Part shown: positions 23,289 to 34,579 of the stretch, piece by piece
Layout of the letters: each line of letters starts with the position of its first letter
How positions within the stretch are numbered: position 1 is the stretch's first letter
Source: Macrostomum lignano
Lineage: Eukaryota
Direction of reading: 5' to 3'
Length of the DNA: 64,000 bases
Assembly (NCBI GenBank): GCA_002269645.1
Contig: NIVC01001228.1
Span: 1-64,000 of the forward strand
Notes under the pieces: generated by a model
The model's database searches: none
Told to the model about the DNA's origin: nothing
What the model saw: the letters and a program-made list of their open reading frames with translations, nothing else
Position numbers and translations under genes: made by a program

Positions 23289-23687
23289 CAGTAGAAAGAA
23301 AATTATACCTAATCAATCGCACCAAGCATACGAAACCATCACCAATTTATTGAAAGTATGTTATGTTGATTTTAATTTGTTAAATTCAACTGTATAATGT
23401 TTCACCTACTTTTCAAATAATTTTTTTTACCTCGGATACAAAAAATATTGGTTGCCACTACGAGCTATATATAAAAATGTTTTTTAAAATTTTGGAAATG
23501 AAAACTGAAAACTTACAAGCAAGATTCCTAGAAGCGAATACAGAGTTATGAGATGATCAAATCATTAATTAATGCACCTACTTTCAACTTTAAAAAGCTA
23601 GTTGAAATAAATTTTTAGCAATAATTGCAATAAATGGGTAGATTTCTCACTCCACACAAAAAGCAAAAAAGTACAAAAATTGCTTAG

Positions 23688-24596
23688 TCACAGCGACACA
23701 ATTCTAATACGATTTTCGAAAATCGTTACCTCGTACCCAGCCCCGCCGACAGGAGGCAGAAAGAAGGCAACTCCAGCTGGCACAAGTGGAGTTTCGGATT
23801 GAGAAACTGGAATTGTAGAGGCTGCAGCTGGGGCGGCTGGAGCAGCTGGGGCAGCTGGGGCGGCTGGAGCAGCTGGGGCGGCCAGAGCAGCTGGGGCGGC
23901 CAGAGCAGCTGGGGCGGCCAGAGCAGCTGGGGCGGCTGGAGCTGCAGGTGGCACAATTGCATTATGCGACTCATTGTCGCTGCCCTCCTCTTCTAGGATT
24001 TCCATTTCGTGGTCGTCTTCAATTAGATGAAGTTGTTTTCCAGCAATCACCGGAACCGAAGAGACAGGTTGCTGCTGCTGCTGACCAGCGTTGAATTCCC
24101 TGAGGAACTGATCCAGGACATCTTCCTCTATGAAGTTTATGACAGCAGCAGCCTCGACTCCAGCAGCCTCGACTCCAGCAGCCTCGACTCCAGCAGCCTC
24201 GACTCCAGCAGCCTCGACTCCAGCAGCCTCGACTCCAGCAGACAGCTCAACTTCAAATTCTGCAGCTGCTGAAGACCCGCTTGGCCTCATCCTCTTCAAT
24301 GTAGAGTCAATTACTTGATTCAAGTGAGCTGATAGCAGACTCCTGCTGGCTCCCTTTTTCTGCTGGCTCTTTTTTTCTCTCTCTTTGCTCTTCTTGATGG
24401 CGCGGATTACTTTCCAGCGGTTACTTTCTTGCTTTTTCTTGTCATCGCTGACGATCCTGTGTCCTCGATGATTTGCTGGAATTTTTCCCTCCTGCAGAGC
24501 TTCGACGGTGCCGCACTGGTCGCATGCCAACCAGCATGAGACCAGACAGTTCTCATTCTCGTGGTGTCTTGGGGACACGCCTCCAAGCAGGCACAC
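23688..24596 (-). CDS. Hypothetical low-complexity protein inside the right end of Polinton-2
   Basis: 302-codon open frame (GTG start) with a basic segment, (GVEAA)n, an acidic segment and (AAP)n repeats. No recognised domain. Confidence 0.4.
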   Translation of the reverse strand: MCLLGGVSPRHHENENCLVSCWLACDQCGTVEALQEGKIPANHRGHRIVSDDKKKQESNRWKVIRAIKKSKEREKKSQQKKGASRSLLSAHLNQVIDSTLKRMRPSGSSAAAEFEVELSAGVEAAGVEAAGVEAAGVEAAGVEAAGVEAAAVINFIEEDVLDQFLREFNAGQQQQQPVSSVPVIAGKQLHLIEDDHEMEILEEEGSDNESHNAIVPPAAPAAPAALAAPAALAAPAALAAPAAPAAPAAPAAPAAPAAASTIPVSQSETPLVPAGVAFFLPPVGGAGYEVTIFENRIRIVSL

Positions 24597-24949
24597 TTCG
24601 CAGCTTATACAGACCTCATTTCATTTTGAAAGAGAAAGAGTTGTTTTTTAGAAGTAGTAAGGTTTTTAAAAATCCTTTTATACAATTTGTTTTTGTCTAT
24701 TTGTTTATTTGTACTTGCGTGGCTGCTTATATAGTAATTTGTACATGCATGCCCTCTCCTTATCATATCGTATATGAACATCCAGCCATGCTCAGGTAAT
24801 AATTACTTTACCGTTATAGAGGCCACCGGCTGTAATTAGTGTATTCCCCCCCGTCCCTTATCCAGGTAAGCAACACCAGCCGTCCTCTGTGCAGTTGTAA
24901 AACTTTATAACCTTAGCCTAACACAGAGCACAGAGATTGGCCACCCCTC

Positions 24950-25492
24950 TTATCTCTGCAATGTTTAGCCGTTCCCAATGCACAGAGATAGGATCCTCTC
25001 CGCAGTGTATTTTTCCTATATCCTTTTTGCCGCCTATCTCGCCAGTGCAAATGCGGCAGTATCATGAATCGCCTCTATCTCCGCAGTGCTTAGCCGTCCC
25101 CAATGCACAGAGATAGAGCTCATATCTCTGCAGTGCTTAGCCGTCCCCAATGCACAGAGATAGAGCTCATATCTCTGCAGTGCTTAGCCGTCCCCAATGC
25201 ACAGAGATAGAGCTCATATCTCTGCAGTGCTTAGCCGTCCCCAATGCACGAGATAGAGCTCATATCTCTGCAGTGCTTAGCCGTCCCCAATGCACAGAGA
25301 TAGAGCTCATATCTCTGCAGTGCTTAGCCGTCCCCAATGCACGAGATAGAGCTCATATCTCTGCAGTGCTTAGCCGTCCCCAATGCACAGAGATAGGGCT
25401 CATATCTCCGCAGTGTATTTTTCCCTATACATTTGCATTGCCGCCTATCTCGCCAGTGCTAGTGCGGCAGTATCATAATTCGCCCTACTACT
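24950..25492 (-). repeat. Right TIR of Polinton-2: seven 47-bp units plus a degenerate inner copy of the terminal ~130 bp
   Basis: Units at 25084, 25131, 25178, 25225, 25271, 25318, 25364; 25411-25492 is the near-perfect inverse of 17640-17721; 24950-25083 is a diverged repeat of the terminus. Confidence 0.9.
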
Positions 25493-26226
25493 TTTGTCCT
25501 ATTGCTGATCTCAAAAACTGTTATAGGCCTCTTGGCTCTCTGGGGAATTATACTACTGCTGTCTAATTTATTATAAGGGAGTCGGGGTTACTGGTTTTTG
25601 TTTTATTACTAACACAAGAATTATTTTGGGAATTTCTTAGGATTTGGGGAGAAATACTCAATTCCTACTACTAACAGGAGTAAGCCTTAGGTTGCTCCTG
25701 GTGGCGTGATGTGTCCGAGCGGCAAGACACTATATCTCTATTCAGTCCGAGTATTTAGAGGGGGGAAAGTAAGGGCTTCGCGATGGATCAGAGTTGCCTG
25801 GGAAACTGGCGCACTAATGGGGAATTTCTAATAACTAATAGGGTATGCTAGCATGAGTAGGCAGAGCGTCTAATATCGCATTAGGTAAGAAGGCAGTACG
25901 CCTAATAGATATGGGAGATAGAGAAGGGTAGGGATGTTTGAGCAAGGATCAGACTGTAAGTCTGAGGGAATAAGGCTGTACACCTGTGCAGACAGACTGT
26001 CTACAAAAGGGGAAGGAATGAAAGGGAAGCGCCTGTTCTGTTGGGAGGAAGGGGGGGGGGGTTGAGCGATTGCTCGGGCGGGACTGTACGTCCTGGGGAG
26101 AACGGGGAAGAGAAGTGCTGGGCACTCAAGGCTCCGCGGGAGAGGGAAGGCGGAACGCCTTTAAATGACTAAGACCAATTCCGATCTATTTATAGAACAA
26201 TGTTTAACCGAAGTCTAATTTTAGCA

Positions 26227-26605
26227 CACTGCGGTGCAAAAAGGTCCAAAAAAAGGTCCACACAAGGTCCAAATTGTAAGGTCCGCAGCGTCGATATTTT
26301 TGGACCTCTGAAGGTCCATTTTTAAAAAAGGTCCAATTTTTGAGGTCCATTTTTGAGGTCCAAATTGTTAGAATAAGGTCCAAATTGCAAGGTCCGCAGC
26401 GTCGATATTTTTGGACCTCTGAAGGTCCATTTTTAAAAAAGGTCCAATTTTTGAGGTCCGCTTTTTAAGGTCCAAATTGTTAGAAAAATTTCCAAATTGA
26501 AGGGCCCAAAGCGTCCATTTTTGGACCTCTGAAAGACCATTTCTCTCTAAAAAATATGCATTTTTAGATCCAAATTAAAAGGTCTATTTTAGAGGGGTCC
26601 GAGCT
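26227..26605 (+). repeat. Subterminal repeat array of the EnSpm element
   Basis: Many GGTCC(A)/GGACC motifs and three ~120-bp blocks (GGTCCAAATTG...GATATTTTTGGACCTCTGAAGGTCC). Confidence 0.8.
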
Positions 26606-27331
26606 TTAAGGATTGCAATCATTGCATGCCCTTTTGGAGGGTCGATTTCATGAATTAATAAAGGAAGTCACTGAAGGCCAAGAATGTTTTCTGTAATATT
26701 AACAACTCATCACTTGCAAGTAATGAGTTGCATATAAAATATAATGTACACATTATAAACGTCTTTACACCAGCAACAGTAAAGTAAAAAGCTCTAGCAT
26801 GCATACATGAAAAGCAGAGGCATACAGTTTCCATTTTGATGTGCAAAAAAGTTAACAAAACACACCTTGTATAGCATAGAAGACTGGACAAAAGTCCACA
26901 GAAAGCCACATTATAGAACACACAAAAAGTAAAAGTGCACGAACACCCCGGCTGCAATTTGACAACATTCCAACAAGGATTTAAACAGACTTTATAATGT
27001 GGCAAATGGATACCCATTGAATTAAATGTTTGTTTTGTGCACCCTTCATTTTTATTATCCCACAGACAGAAAAACTGCAAAGTGCAAAAATGCATTCTCA
27101 TTTCTAAAAATGCAAATCCAACATTTGGAACGCAAAATGGACTAAATAAACTATGATATTGTGTCTGCAAAAATACACCATTTCCATAATTCCATTATAC
27201 CATTTCCATTATTCCATTATCTATCCTGTAGGAATATCTTATATCTGGGGATAAAACTACTCGAGCATAAGAAAGTCAGATAGCTCAACTAATTGGTTTT
27301 TGAAAATGAAGGCAATGCAATGAAACAGCAA

Positions 27332-28945
27332 CTACATAAAAGATGCAATAACAGTCTTGGCGGAGCTACGTGAAACAGCAGACCGGCTGCGCAGCTTGGC
27401 CAGAACCTCAATCGTCTCGAGGAATGGTTCCAAGAAGGGGACATGCTGTAGGTTGAAAGCAACATACACGATGATGAAGACAATGACGGTATCCGCTGCA
27501 TTATCTAACACCAGGGTAGCGCCATTGACAGAAACGCCGGACCACTTGCTGTTCTCGTCTCGAACAATTCTTACGGGAAGACCATCGCAAAAAATCTTCT
27601 CGGCATCAATCTTCAGCCGACCAAGAAGAAGACAGACTGCAGCACACAATTTTTCGTCATCAGAGTCGACGGCATCCACATATTTTTTGCAGAACTTGTA
27701 GTTTTTTAGGTGTTTTCTATTGTTGTATATTTTCATCAGCGCTGCCGTAATGTTAGTCCGAATCTCATTTGGACCTGATGCACAAATATAGTCTGTCTTG
27801 CTTTTATTGTACTCCTCAATCATCAGATGAGTCTCTTGAAGAATGACAGGCAATAAAGTTAGCGGTCGGTAAAGTTCAACTTCCTCGGCAACAGTTTTAT
27901 CCTGGCATCGTGAAATTCGCACAGGAAATAGCACACGCATTTCATCCAGCACTTCCGAAATACTGACTCTGCCAAAATCAGAATTCAGTCGCTCTCGTCG
28001 CTGTTCATGGCTGGGGGGTACGGTGCCATCATTTTCAAAATCTACACTTTTATTCATGACACTTCGACAGTCGGGCTCGACTGGTCGATGCTCAAATGGT
28101 GGTTGCTCATCATCACCAGAGTCGTCAATGGGTTCGTCGACACCATCATCACCCAATTCATCAGCTGAAGTGTCGCCAGTGGGAGCACATGCAGCAGCAG
28201 CAGCAGTTACTTTGCGCTTCCTCCCATGCTTGCCACGCATTTGCAGAACGATTGGGCTTGTGAATGACGTAAGCTTTCTGCTGCGTAGGTCCTTCAAGCG
28301 ACGGCAAATCTTAATTCGCCAAAAACGGAACCCTTCAGGCGAATCGTCCCGGAGGCCAGAATAGGTTGCAATTATGGCACAGCAGATATCGCGAATTTCA
28401 ACACCAGACAAATATGGATTGTCTTCAGACTTGAACTGTTGAAAGACGTCCTCAATAATGAACTTTAGAAACCGGTTTACAAATGTTGGGTTAACTTTGA
28501 ACTCTGCACCCTTTTCTGGATTGAGCCGAAGTTCGCGAAGAGCGTCACCCAATTCGCCCATCCGAGGCAGGGTATAGACCTCAGGCCACGGTAAGCTACC
28601 AGCAGCTGCTCCACCTGGCATGCTCACTCCAGTAGATCCTACAAGTTCGGAGCTACTGTCTTGCTGTCTGGCAGGAGTGCTTGGCATGAAAGGCGTCTCA
28701 TTTGATGGCTTTGATACACAGTCCAAAAGCTCGCCTTGAAGCAAAAAGTAAACAAACTTTGCTTCCTTTGCAATTTCTGGTATTAAATCGTCGTCATCGA
28801 TTTCGAAGCCATCTTCGGTAACAATCCGGACATTATCCGCATCAGCAATGCCGAGCTTCTCGCATCCTTTTAATCGCAACTGGTCAAGCGAAGAAGCACA
28901 AACAAGCTTCTTTCTTGACTTGTCACCAGTGCAGATTCGAAGCAT
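27332..28945 (-). CDS. EnSpm accessory ORF with an N-terminal CIDE-N-like (ubiquitin-fold) domain, 537 aa
   Basis: LRICTGDKSRKKLVCASSLDQLRLKGCEKLGI...VRIVTEDGFEIDDDD fits the CIDE-N pattern (FRV.D..R..RKGV.ASSL.EL..K....L....V.LVLEEDGT.VDDE). The frame is uninterrupted. Confidence 0.75.
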   Translation of the reverse strand: MLRICTGDKSRKKLVCASSLDQLRLKGCEKLGIADADNVRIVTEDGFEIDDDDLIPEIAKEAKFVYFLLQGELLDCVSKPSNETPFMPSTPARQQDSSSELVGSTGVSMPGGAAAGSLPWPEVYTLPRMGELGDALRELRLNPEKGAEFKVNPTFVNRFLKFIIEDVFQQFKSEDNPYLSGVEIRDICCAIIATYSGLRDDSPEGFRFWRIKICRRLKDLRSRKLTSFTSPIVLQMRGKHGRKRKVTAAAAACAPTGDTSADELGDDGVDEPIDDSGDDEQPPFEHRPVEPDCRSVMNKSVDFENDGTVPPSHEQRRERLNSDFGRVSISEVLDEMRVLFPVRISRCQDKTVAEEVELYRPLTLLPVILQETHLMIEEYNKSKTDYICASGPNEIRTNITAALMKIYNNRKHLKNYKFCKKYVDAVDSDDEKLCAAVCLLLGRLKIDAEKIFCDGLPVRIVRDENSKWSGVSVNGATLVLDNAADTVIVFIIVYVAFNLQHVPFLEPFLETIEVLAKLRSRSAVSRSSAKTVIASFM

Positions 28946-29487
28946 GAGTGAAAAGTTATGTTAAGGACATCAGAGTTAATCTGGTATGTAAGACACATTA
29001 CGTCCAAAATTGTTGTTAAGCTGTAAGAATGTAGTGATGTCGTGTGGTTTTACCAAAGCTTTTTTGTTTTGTTTTCGCCTATTTTCTATTGGTTGCATGA
29101 TTTGTGCATGCAGAAAATATATACAATATGTATAACTGCACATTTTGGGCCGAGAAATGGCAAAACCGGCATCCAACACTTGCTAAGCTTAGCCTAGTCA
29201 GGACGGGCAAGCCCATCCATCATAAAAAGGACAAATGCCTATAGACCAGTTTTTAGCTAGAGCCAGAGAGCACATACCAGTGCTAAACTCTTTGCCATGC
29301 CTCAAGGTGCCACACGCAGCCTTGGCACTGACATTATTAAGTATTTAAGTCACAATTAGTTCAGACAAAACAACTATTCAACTGCTGGGGCATAACAGAA
29401 AAAGTTTGTTGATAAGTTTACTAAAAAGTATATATCATTGAGCTACAAGTTGGAACATATTAGACTACTTTTATTGCTATTATTTTT

Positions 29488-32054
29488 TTAAACTGACTTT
29501 TCATTCAGCATATCAACATATGGATGGTATTTTAATGAAGCATAAAGTTGGCCACGATAAAGCATAAGAGGAACTTGCTGGTGAACAATATGCTGGCTAG
29601 GCATACAAAATATAGTGTCATCATTTAAAATAGCACATAAATAACAATTATAATGGGTTGAAAATGTAGCTTTAATCTTTTTGCAAATGAGAACCCATTT
29701 GTTTGTGACCTTAATGATGCAAGAAATCATTATTAAATCAATATAGCTATCTTTAAATATAGCCAAGCAATATCTTTTATTAAGTGTTGGAGTTTTATAA
29801 TGAAATCCTCTAAAATTTAGAACTGTGGTTGAGAAGCAAATCTGGCCTAATGAATCAAATTTGACATTGAGCATATTACTTAGTTTGATTTTCTCAGGAG
29901 TTGTTAAAATTGAACTGATTTTAATTATACTACTACACTTTGCTTCTTTTAGATCATGGGGCATGAAATGTGTAACAACTAAAGCCTTCTGAATTTGAAA
30001 GTTTTTTGCACATGTAAAGGCAACATTATTATAGTTTTTACATTGTCTACTTATATTCTTTATTACCTGATGTTGGGCCTCACTTCGCATGCACCAAAGA
30101 TACCTTAGACCACTAAAATAATGGTATAATTCTGGATAATGGCAGATGTAATGTAGTTTACATTTGTATTTTGGGTTAAAGTCAGTGTATTTATATATAG
30201 TTTCAAGTTGTGCTGCTACTAAAAACTTAAAATAATCAATATCAACATCCTTATCATAATATGGTGATAATATAATATTAAGAAAAAGCTTATGGTTGCA
30301 GAATAATATCCAAATGTCATCATCATAATCAAATAAATCCCCAAAAAGTAAACCAAAATATTGTAAGATGACTATCATTTGACTAGCAGTGCATGGCAAA
30401 TGAAAGTTTTTTATGTTATATTTGCTTAGCTTAGGAAGTGATACATCATAAATTTTGCTAAATTGTTCATTTATAAATTCCATGCTTACATGATTTTTTC
30501 CATAGCATTTAATAGTACAAGACACACAACCAGATGTGAAAATCCTTCCAAATCATCATGCATAATATCAGGTGGGAAAAAATATTGCAAATCAATATAA
30601 GACAAACCCTCAAAAGCTGAATTTCTAACAAAGCCATTGTTTAATTGTTGTGAATCATTGATATTTGATAAATGGGTCCTATAATTAAATTGAAAGAGCT
30701 TATCTAAACATTGAATATCTATACTACAAAGCTGTCTATATTCCTTATAACAAAACCTGCATACATACCCACTAGAAAAGCATTTCTGTAAACCTAACAT
30801 TTGATGCATAGATAGATTATCCCCAGTCATAAAGCAAGCCACAACAGGCAGTGTTAAAGAAGTATTTATTTCAAATTCCTTATAATATAGATCATTAAGC
30901 TCAGCAATTAATGGAGACAAGCAAAATTGTAAGCCTGCTTTCTTTATTGTAGACTCAGAAAAAATAGTTGACAAGAAAGATAATTCTAATGATGAATTCA
31001 AGTATTCAGGAAAATTAAGAATACTATAATAAATAACACATAGCTTATGCTTTGTCTTGGCTGATCCAATTGGATTACAAACTTCAATTTTGTCTGAGTA
31101 CAGTTTCAAAAAAATCCCACTGTCACTGGTTACCAATGATGATATACATTCTTTAAAATAGGTTGATGTAAAAAAGTTACAATTATTGATACATGGCTCA
31201 ACAAAAAATTTCATCAAATGTTCATTTTTTATTATTGAAGCAAGCATTTCAGCTATTGGGATATATTGGATTTTAGAACCCGTCTCTGGGTGGACAATTT
31301 CTATTGGCTGAACTAAGTTATATTGATGTTTTAGAATATCAAAGACCTTTGAATCAGTTAATAAAAATTCTAATGAGATATCAATCATTTCTTGCATATT
31401 AAACTGATTATTAATTAAGTTTTTACTAAAAGATGGATATTCCTCCTTTAAAAACTGTTCAAATAGGCAAAGATAATCATGAGCAAATTGTGAAACCATT
31501 TCTTTTACCAATTCACATAACTGATTAGACTTTTCTTTAGAAATAAAAAATACATTTTTACATTTGAAATAATAGTATACAAAGTTTTTAGCAAGGTTTT
31601 TTCTTATATTGTCTCGAAGGGTATCACATGTTATTTTTTCTGGGTTTATTGTTGGAATACTTTCATTTTCTTCATTTAAGCCATTATTAGGCTCATTGGT
31701 ACCACTAAGACTAGGTTGACAATGATCAGGACAGACTTCAACTGTTTCATTTTTTTCATCCTCAGTTTTCAGAGCATTTTCTAAATTAGACATAACATAA
31801 GAATCAACATTAGTAAGTTGACTATGCATACGATAAGCATGAGCTCTTAAAGCTTCTATTGAACCACTACTATAAAAACAATCTAAGATAGGGCAGGTAA
31901 AACAGTGACATCCAAATGAATGTGTAAACTTAATATGAGATATAACCTTAAAAGTACTTTGACATGAAAATGAACAAAATGTACATTTTATACTTATTTC
32001 ACTATTCTTATGATTAGATTTAGAAGCAAGATGCCTATCCACATCCTGTTCCAT
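29488..32054 (-). CDS. EnSpm-type transposase in two overlapping ORFs (frameshift near 30490-30525)
   Basis: N-terminal C2H2-like fingers; LYSD.IEVCNPIGS...KHKL..IYY.ILN.P; GDNL..HQ.LG....F....CRFC; PPDIMHD..EG; KLHYICHYP...W.MR.E..H. Very AT-rich. Confidence 0.9.
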
Positions 32055-32888
32055 GAAAATCCTATTTCTAAGACAAAATATCTAATATCTATTCGACTTT
32101 ACATTAATTAAAGAGGCCTGAAGTAAGTGTGAACGTAAGCTTTGACTTCACTACCGTCAGGGAGGGCAAATCAGTTTAAAAAAGCTGGAAAAATTGGACG
32201 GTTTGTCCAGTCTGTATGTATTGCTTTTGAATGCAGGCATTATAACAGTGGCAAAATATTAATGCAGAACAATTACATAATTATTAATTAACCAAGACTC
32301 CTAACTCTTAGATACTATATTATCAATAGCAGTAAATGTTTTTGCACGACGTTATTAGCACTAACATTTCCTTTCGTTATTTTCAAAAACGAAAGCCAAG
32401 TCCCCTAAACAAATTCCAGTTGTAGATGCAGTTACTGCTGATAACATTACGTGAATTTGATCATACAACAATTGCTACACAAATTGTAGTTAAACATGGC
32501 TTTTTAATGGAATAGAAAGCCTTTTTTCATTTTTATAAAAATGGACCTCTAGATGACAAAAGTCCAAATTATAAATTTGGACCTCCGTTGGACCTTTTTG
32601 ATTCACAGTGCAGACTATATGGCGGAGGAACCAGCCAGGCGGCGCGCTTTCTCTCCTTCGTTTATTTCTCTCGCTTTTGTAGCATTACAAATAAAAATGG
32701 CGTACGTATTAAAACTAATTAAAGATACTATATTAGACTAAGGCTACTAATGATACTATTTCTTACTATTAACAACACAAAAAACATATTTTTATTTAGG
32801 CACGAAGATCTTTAATCGAATAGAAAAATAGTCGTAATTATAAGGCAACATGCACAAGAATAATAGGCTAAGAATAACGGCTCTTACA

Positions 32889-33265
32889 TCTGCACAGTCT
32901 CTCCAATCGGTCAATCTCGGTGGCAGCTGCTGGTCATCCTCTTCGTTCTCAAAGATTCGCAGCTCCTCCCATGCGCGAGCATTGGTGAATTCTTTCAAAT
33001 GACTAATCATGTCCTTCGTGAATAAGTTGAAAAAGAGTAACGGCTCATTTGCTGGTGCTTGAACACCAGGATTCATACCGTGGACTCCGAGAAACTCGGG
33101 AAGCTGCCCAGCTCTGTCATCTTCTCCGTCGTTGACAATTGTCCATTCGTTTTCCTCATCCTCCATCTCCAAGGTTGGCTCCTCAATTACTTCAATAACT
33201 AAGTCCTGATCTGACTCAGTCGATGAGCTGTTGGACTCGTCGCTTGTAAGAAGTTAATGAAGACT
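32889..33265 (-). pseudogene. piggyBac transposase, N-terminal portion
   Basis: Acidic N-terminus, PLLFFNLFT, LKEFTNARA, W RDCAD; continues in frame into 11704 once the solo LTR is removed. Candidate terminus TTAA at 33594-33597; subterminal inverted motif GCGAAAACCC.TATGGTCAGC...GCTGACCAT at 33527-33561 mirrored at ~9914-9948. Confidence 0.82.
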
Positions 33266-33653
33266 CATTATTACTTATCCGTCGAAATAGCAAATTATAT
33301 GACAAACCTTAAAATGAAGAGGTAAACAATCTAGATTGAATGCAAAGGAGAAAAATATTACTAGGGATAGTGATACAGTACGAGGAAGGAAGGGCAGAAG
33401 CAGTTCACAGTGATAGGTTCTATGGCTAAAACCCCAAAGCAGGTGACAGAGTGTTCCAAACACCTCTCTCAAGTAACGGGTTTTGGCGATGTTAAAGCAG
33501 CACTATAATTTTACATAGCAGTAGTCTATGGTCAGCCCTGCTGACCATACGGGTTTTCGCTTAATGTAGAGAAAATGCGCGGCATGGAACTGGTTAAGGG
33601 TGGTAGAATATGCATACATAAAAAATTGTGCAGTTGTGACCTTTGAGTCAGCC

Positions 33654-33674
33654 GTATCTCAAAACTTTCAGTAT
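33654..33674 (-). repeat. Probable 5' TIR remnant of the mariner at 7868
   Basis: GTATCTCAAAACTTTCAGTAT is the exact inverse of 7876-7896 (21 bp); the outer 8 nt do not match. Confidence 0.6.
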
Positions 33675-34579
33675 CGCATTTCATTTGTACTTAGCAGTCA
33701 GTACAACCATATGTGCGCTTGATGAGATTTTAAACAGAAGAACTGCGTGGAGACCAGGGCATCCCACTATCCCACTGTTCCATTATCAATCGGGGGAAGG
33801 AAAACTGAGGGTGCCATTTCCTCTATGACAAACAAGACACGCACCCCTTAGTGTGGGGAACACCCGCATGCGCCGTCTAGTTATATTACTTGATCTGTGG
33901 CATCGCCAGTGAGCGGGATGAGCTGTACACAGTCGCCACTCTCAAGCGCGCTCTCTCATTCTGGGAGGACAAACGCGCCTGGATCTCCGCCAACGAGAGT
34001 CTACCCTACGGCCACTACCGTCTGCAGTCCCGAAAGCGCCCCTGCCCGTCTGATTGATTTTAATTGGACAATTTTCACAACATTAAAATTTTGCAACACT
34101 TTTCCTCAATTTTTTGTAAATCTGTAAATAATGTAAATTTTAACGTTTTATGTGATTTAAACAGTGTATGCATGTTTAATACAGCCATAGTATATTTTGA
34201 ATAATATACATATGCTTTACTCTATGACATTCAATACGCTGCAGTAGAGAAAATGCTCTTTCACATTATTATTTTTGTCATAATGTCCAGGTTAAAAGTT
34301 AAAAGTTAGTCGAGTCCAGGTTAAAATCCCCATTGAAATACATGTTTTGTGAACAAGTATGTAAGTTTTCGTCCACAGTGATTTAAAGCACGCAATATGG
34401 CGTGAATTTTTCGACAACATGCGTCAATTTTCATGCACAAGTTCGAGTGAAAATCCCTATTGAAATACATGTATTTTGTTTTCAAGCCAGGTCTTTGGCA
34501 TAAGAAAATGATAGGTACTATAAATTTGGAAAAATGATAAAAAGGCGATTTCCAACCTGCCAAGTATTTATCTTGACTG

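Larger units (their letters stand above)
17640..25492 (+). mobile_element. Polinton/adintovirus-like element 2 (7.85 kb), lacking pPolB
   Basis: AGTAGTAG...CTACTACT termini; non-palindromic 6-bp TSD TTTGTC (17634-17639, 25493-25498); near-identical TIRs; integrase, capsid, protease and ATPase sequences. Confidence 0.95.
26227..32610 (-). mobile_element. EnSpm/CACTA (CMC) DNA transposon, 6.4 kb
   Basis: CACTG...AAAAAGGTCC at the left end and GGACCTTTTT...CAGTG at the right end; 2-bp TSD CA; subterminal GGTCC/GGACC repeats; EnSpm-type transposase plus a second ORF. Confidence 0.88.
11705..32888. mobile_element. Solo LTR (~1.04 kb when reassembled: 11705-11737 + 25499-26226 + 32613-32888) carrying three nested elements
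   Basis: Begins TGT(TGTAG), ends (CTT)ACA. 4-bp TSD TCTG at 11701-11704 and 32889-32892. Its removal restores the piggyBac frame WRDCADDEIRKTIAIIFYMG. Confidence 0.75.

Noticed and set aside
25150-25566. 138-aa ORF
   Set aside because: Translation of the 47-bp TIR array.
26655-27170. Cys/Phe-rich 171-aa ORF in the EnSpm element
   Set aside because: Antisense of A-rich sequence with no recognisable domain; probably UTR or subterminal DNA.
11705-32887. Giant spliceosomal intron in the piggyBac gene (GTAAGA...ACAG on the minus strand)
   Set aside because: GT-AG splicing leaves two extra nt and a stop; a TGT...ACA insertion with TSD TCTG restores the frame exactly.
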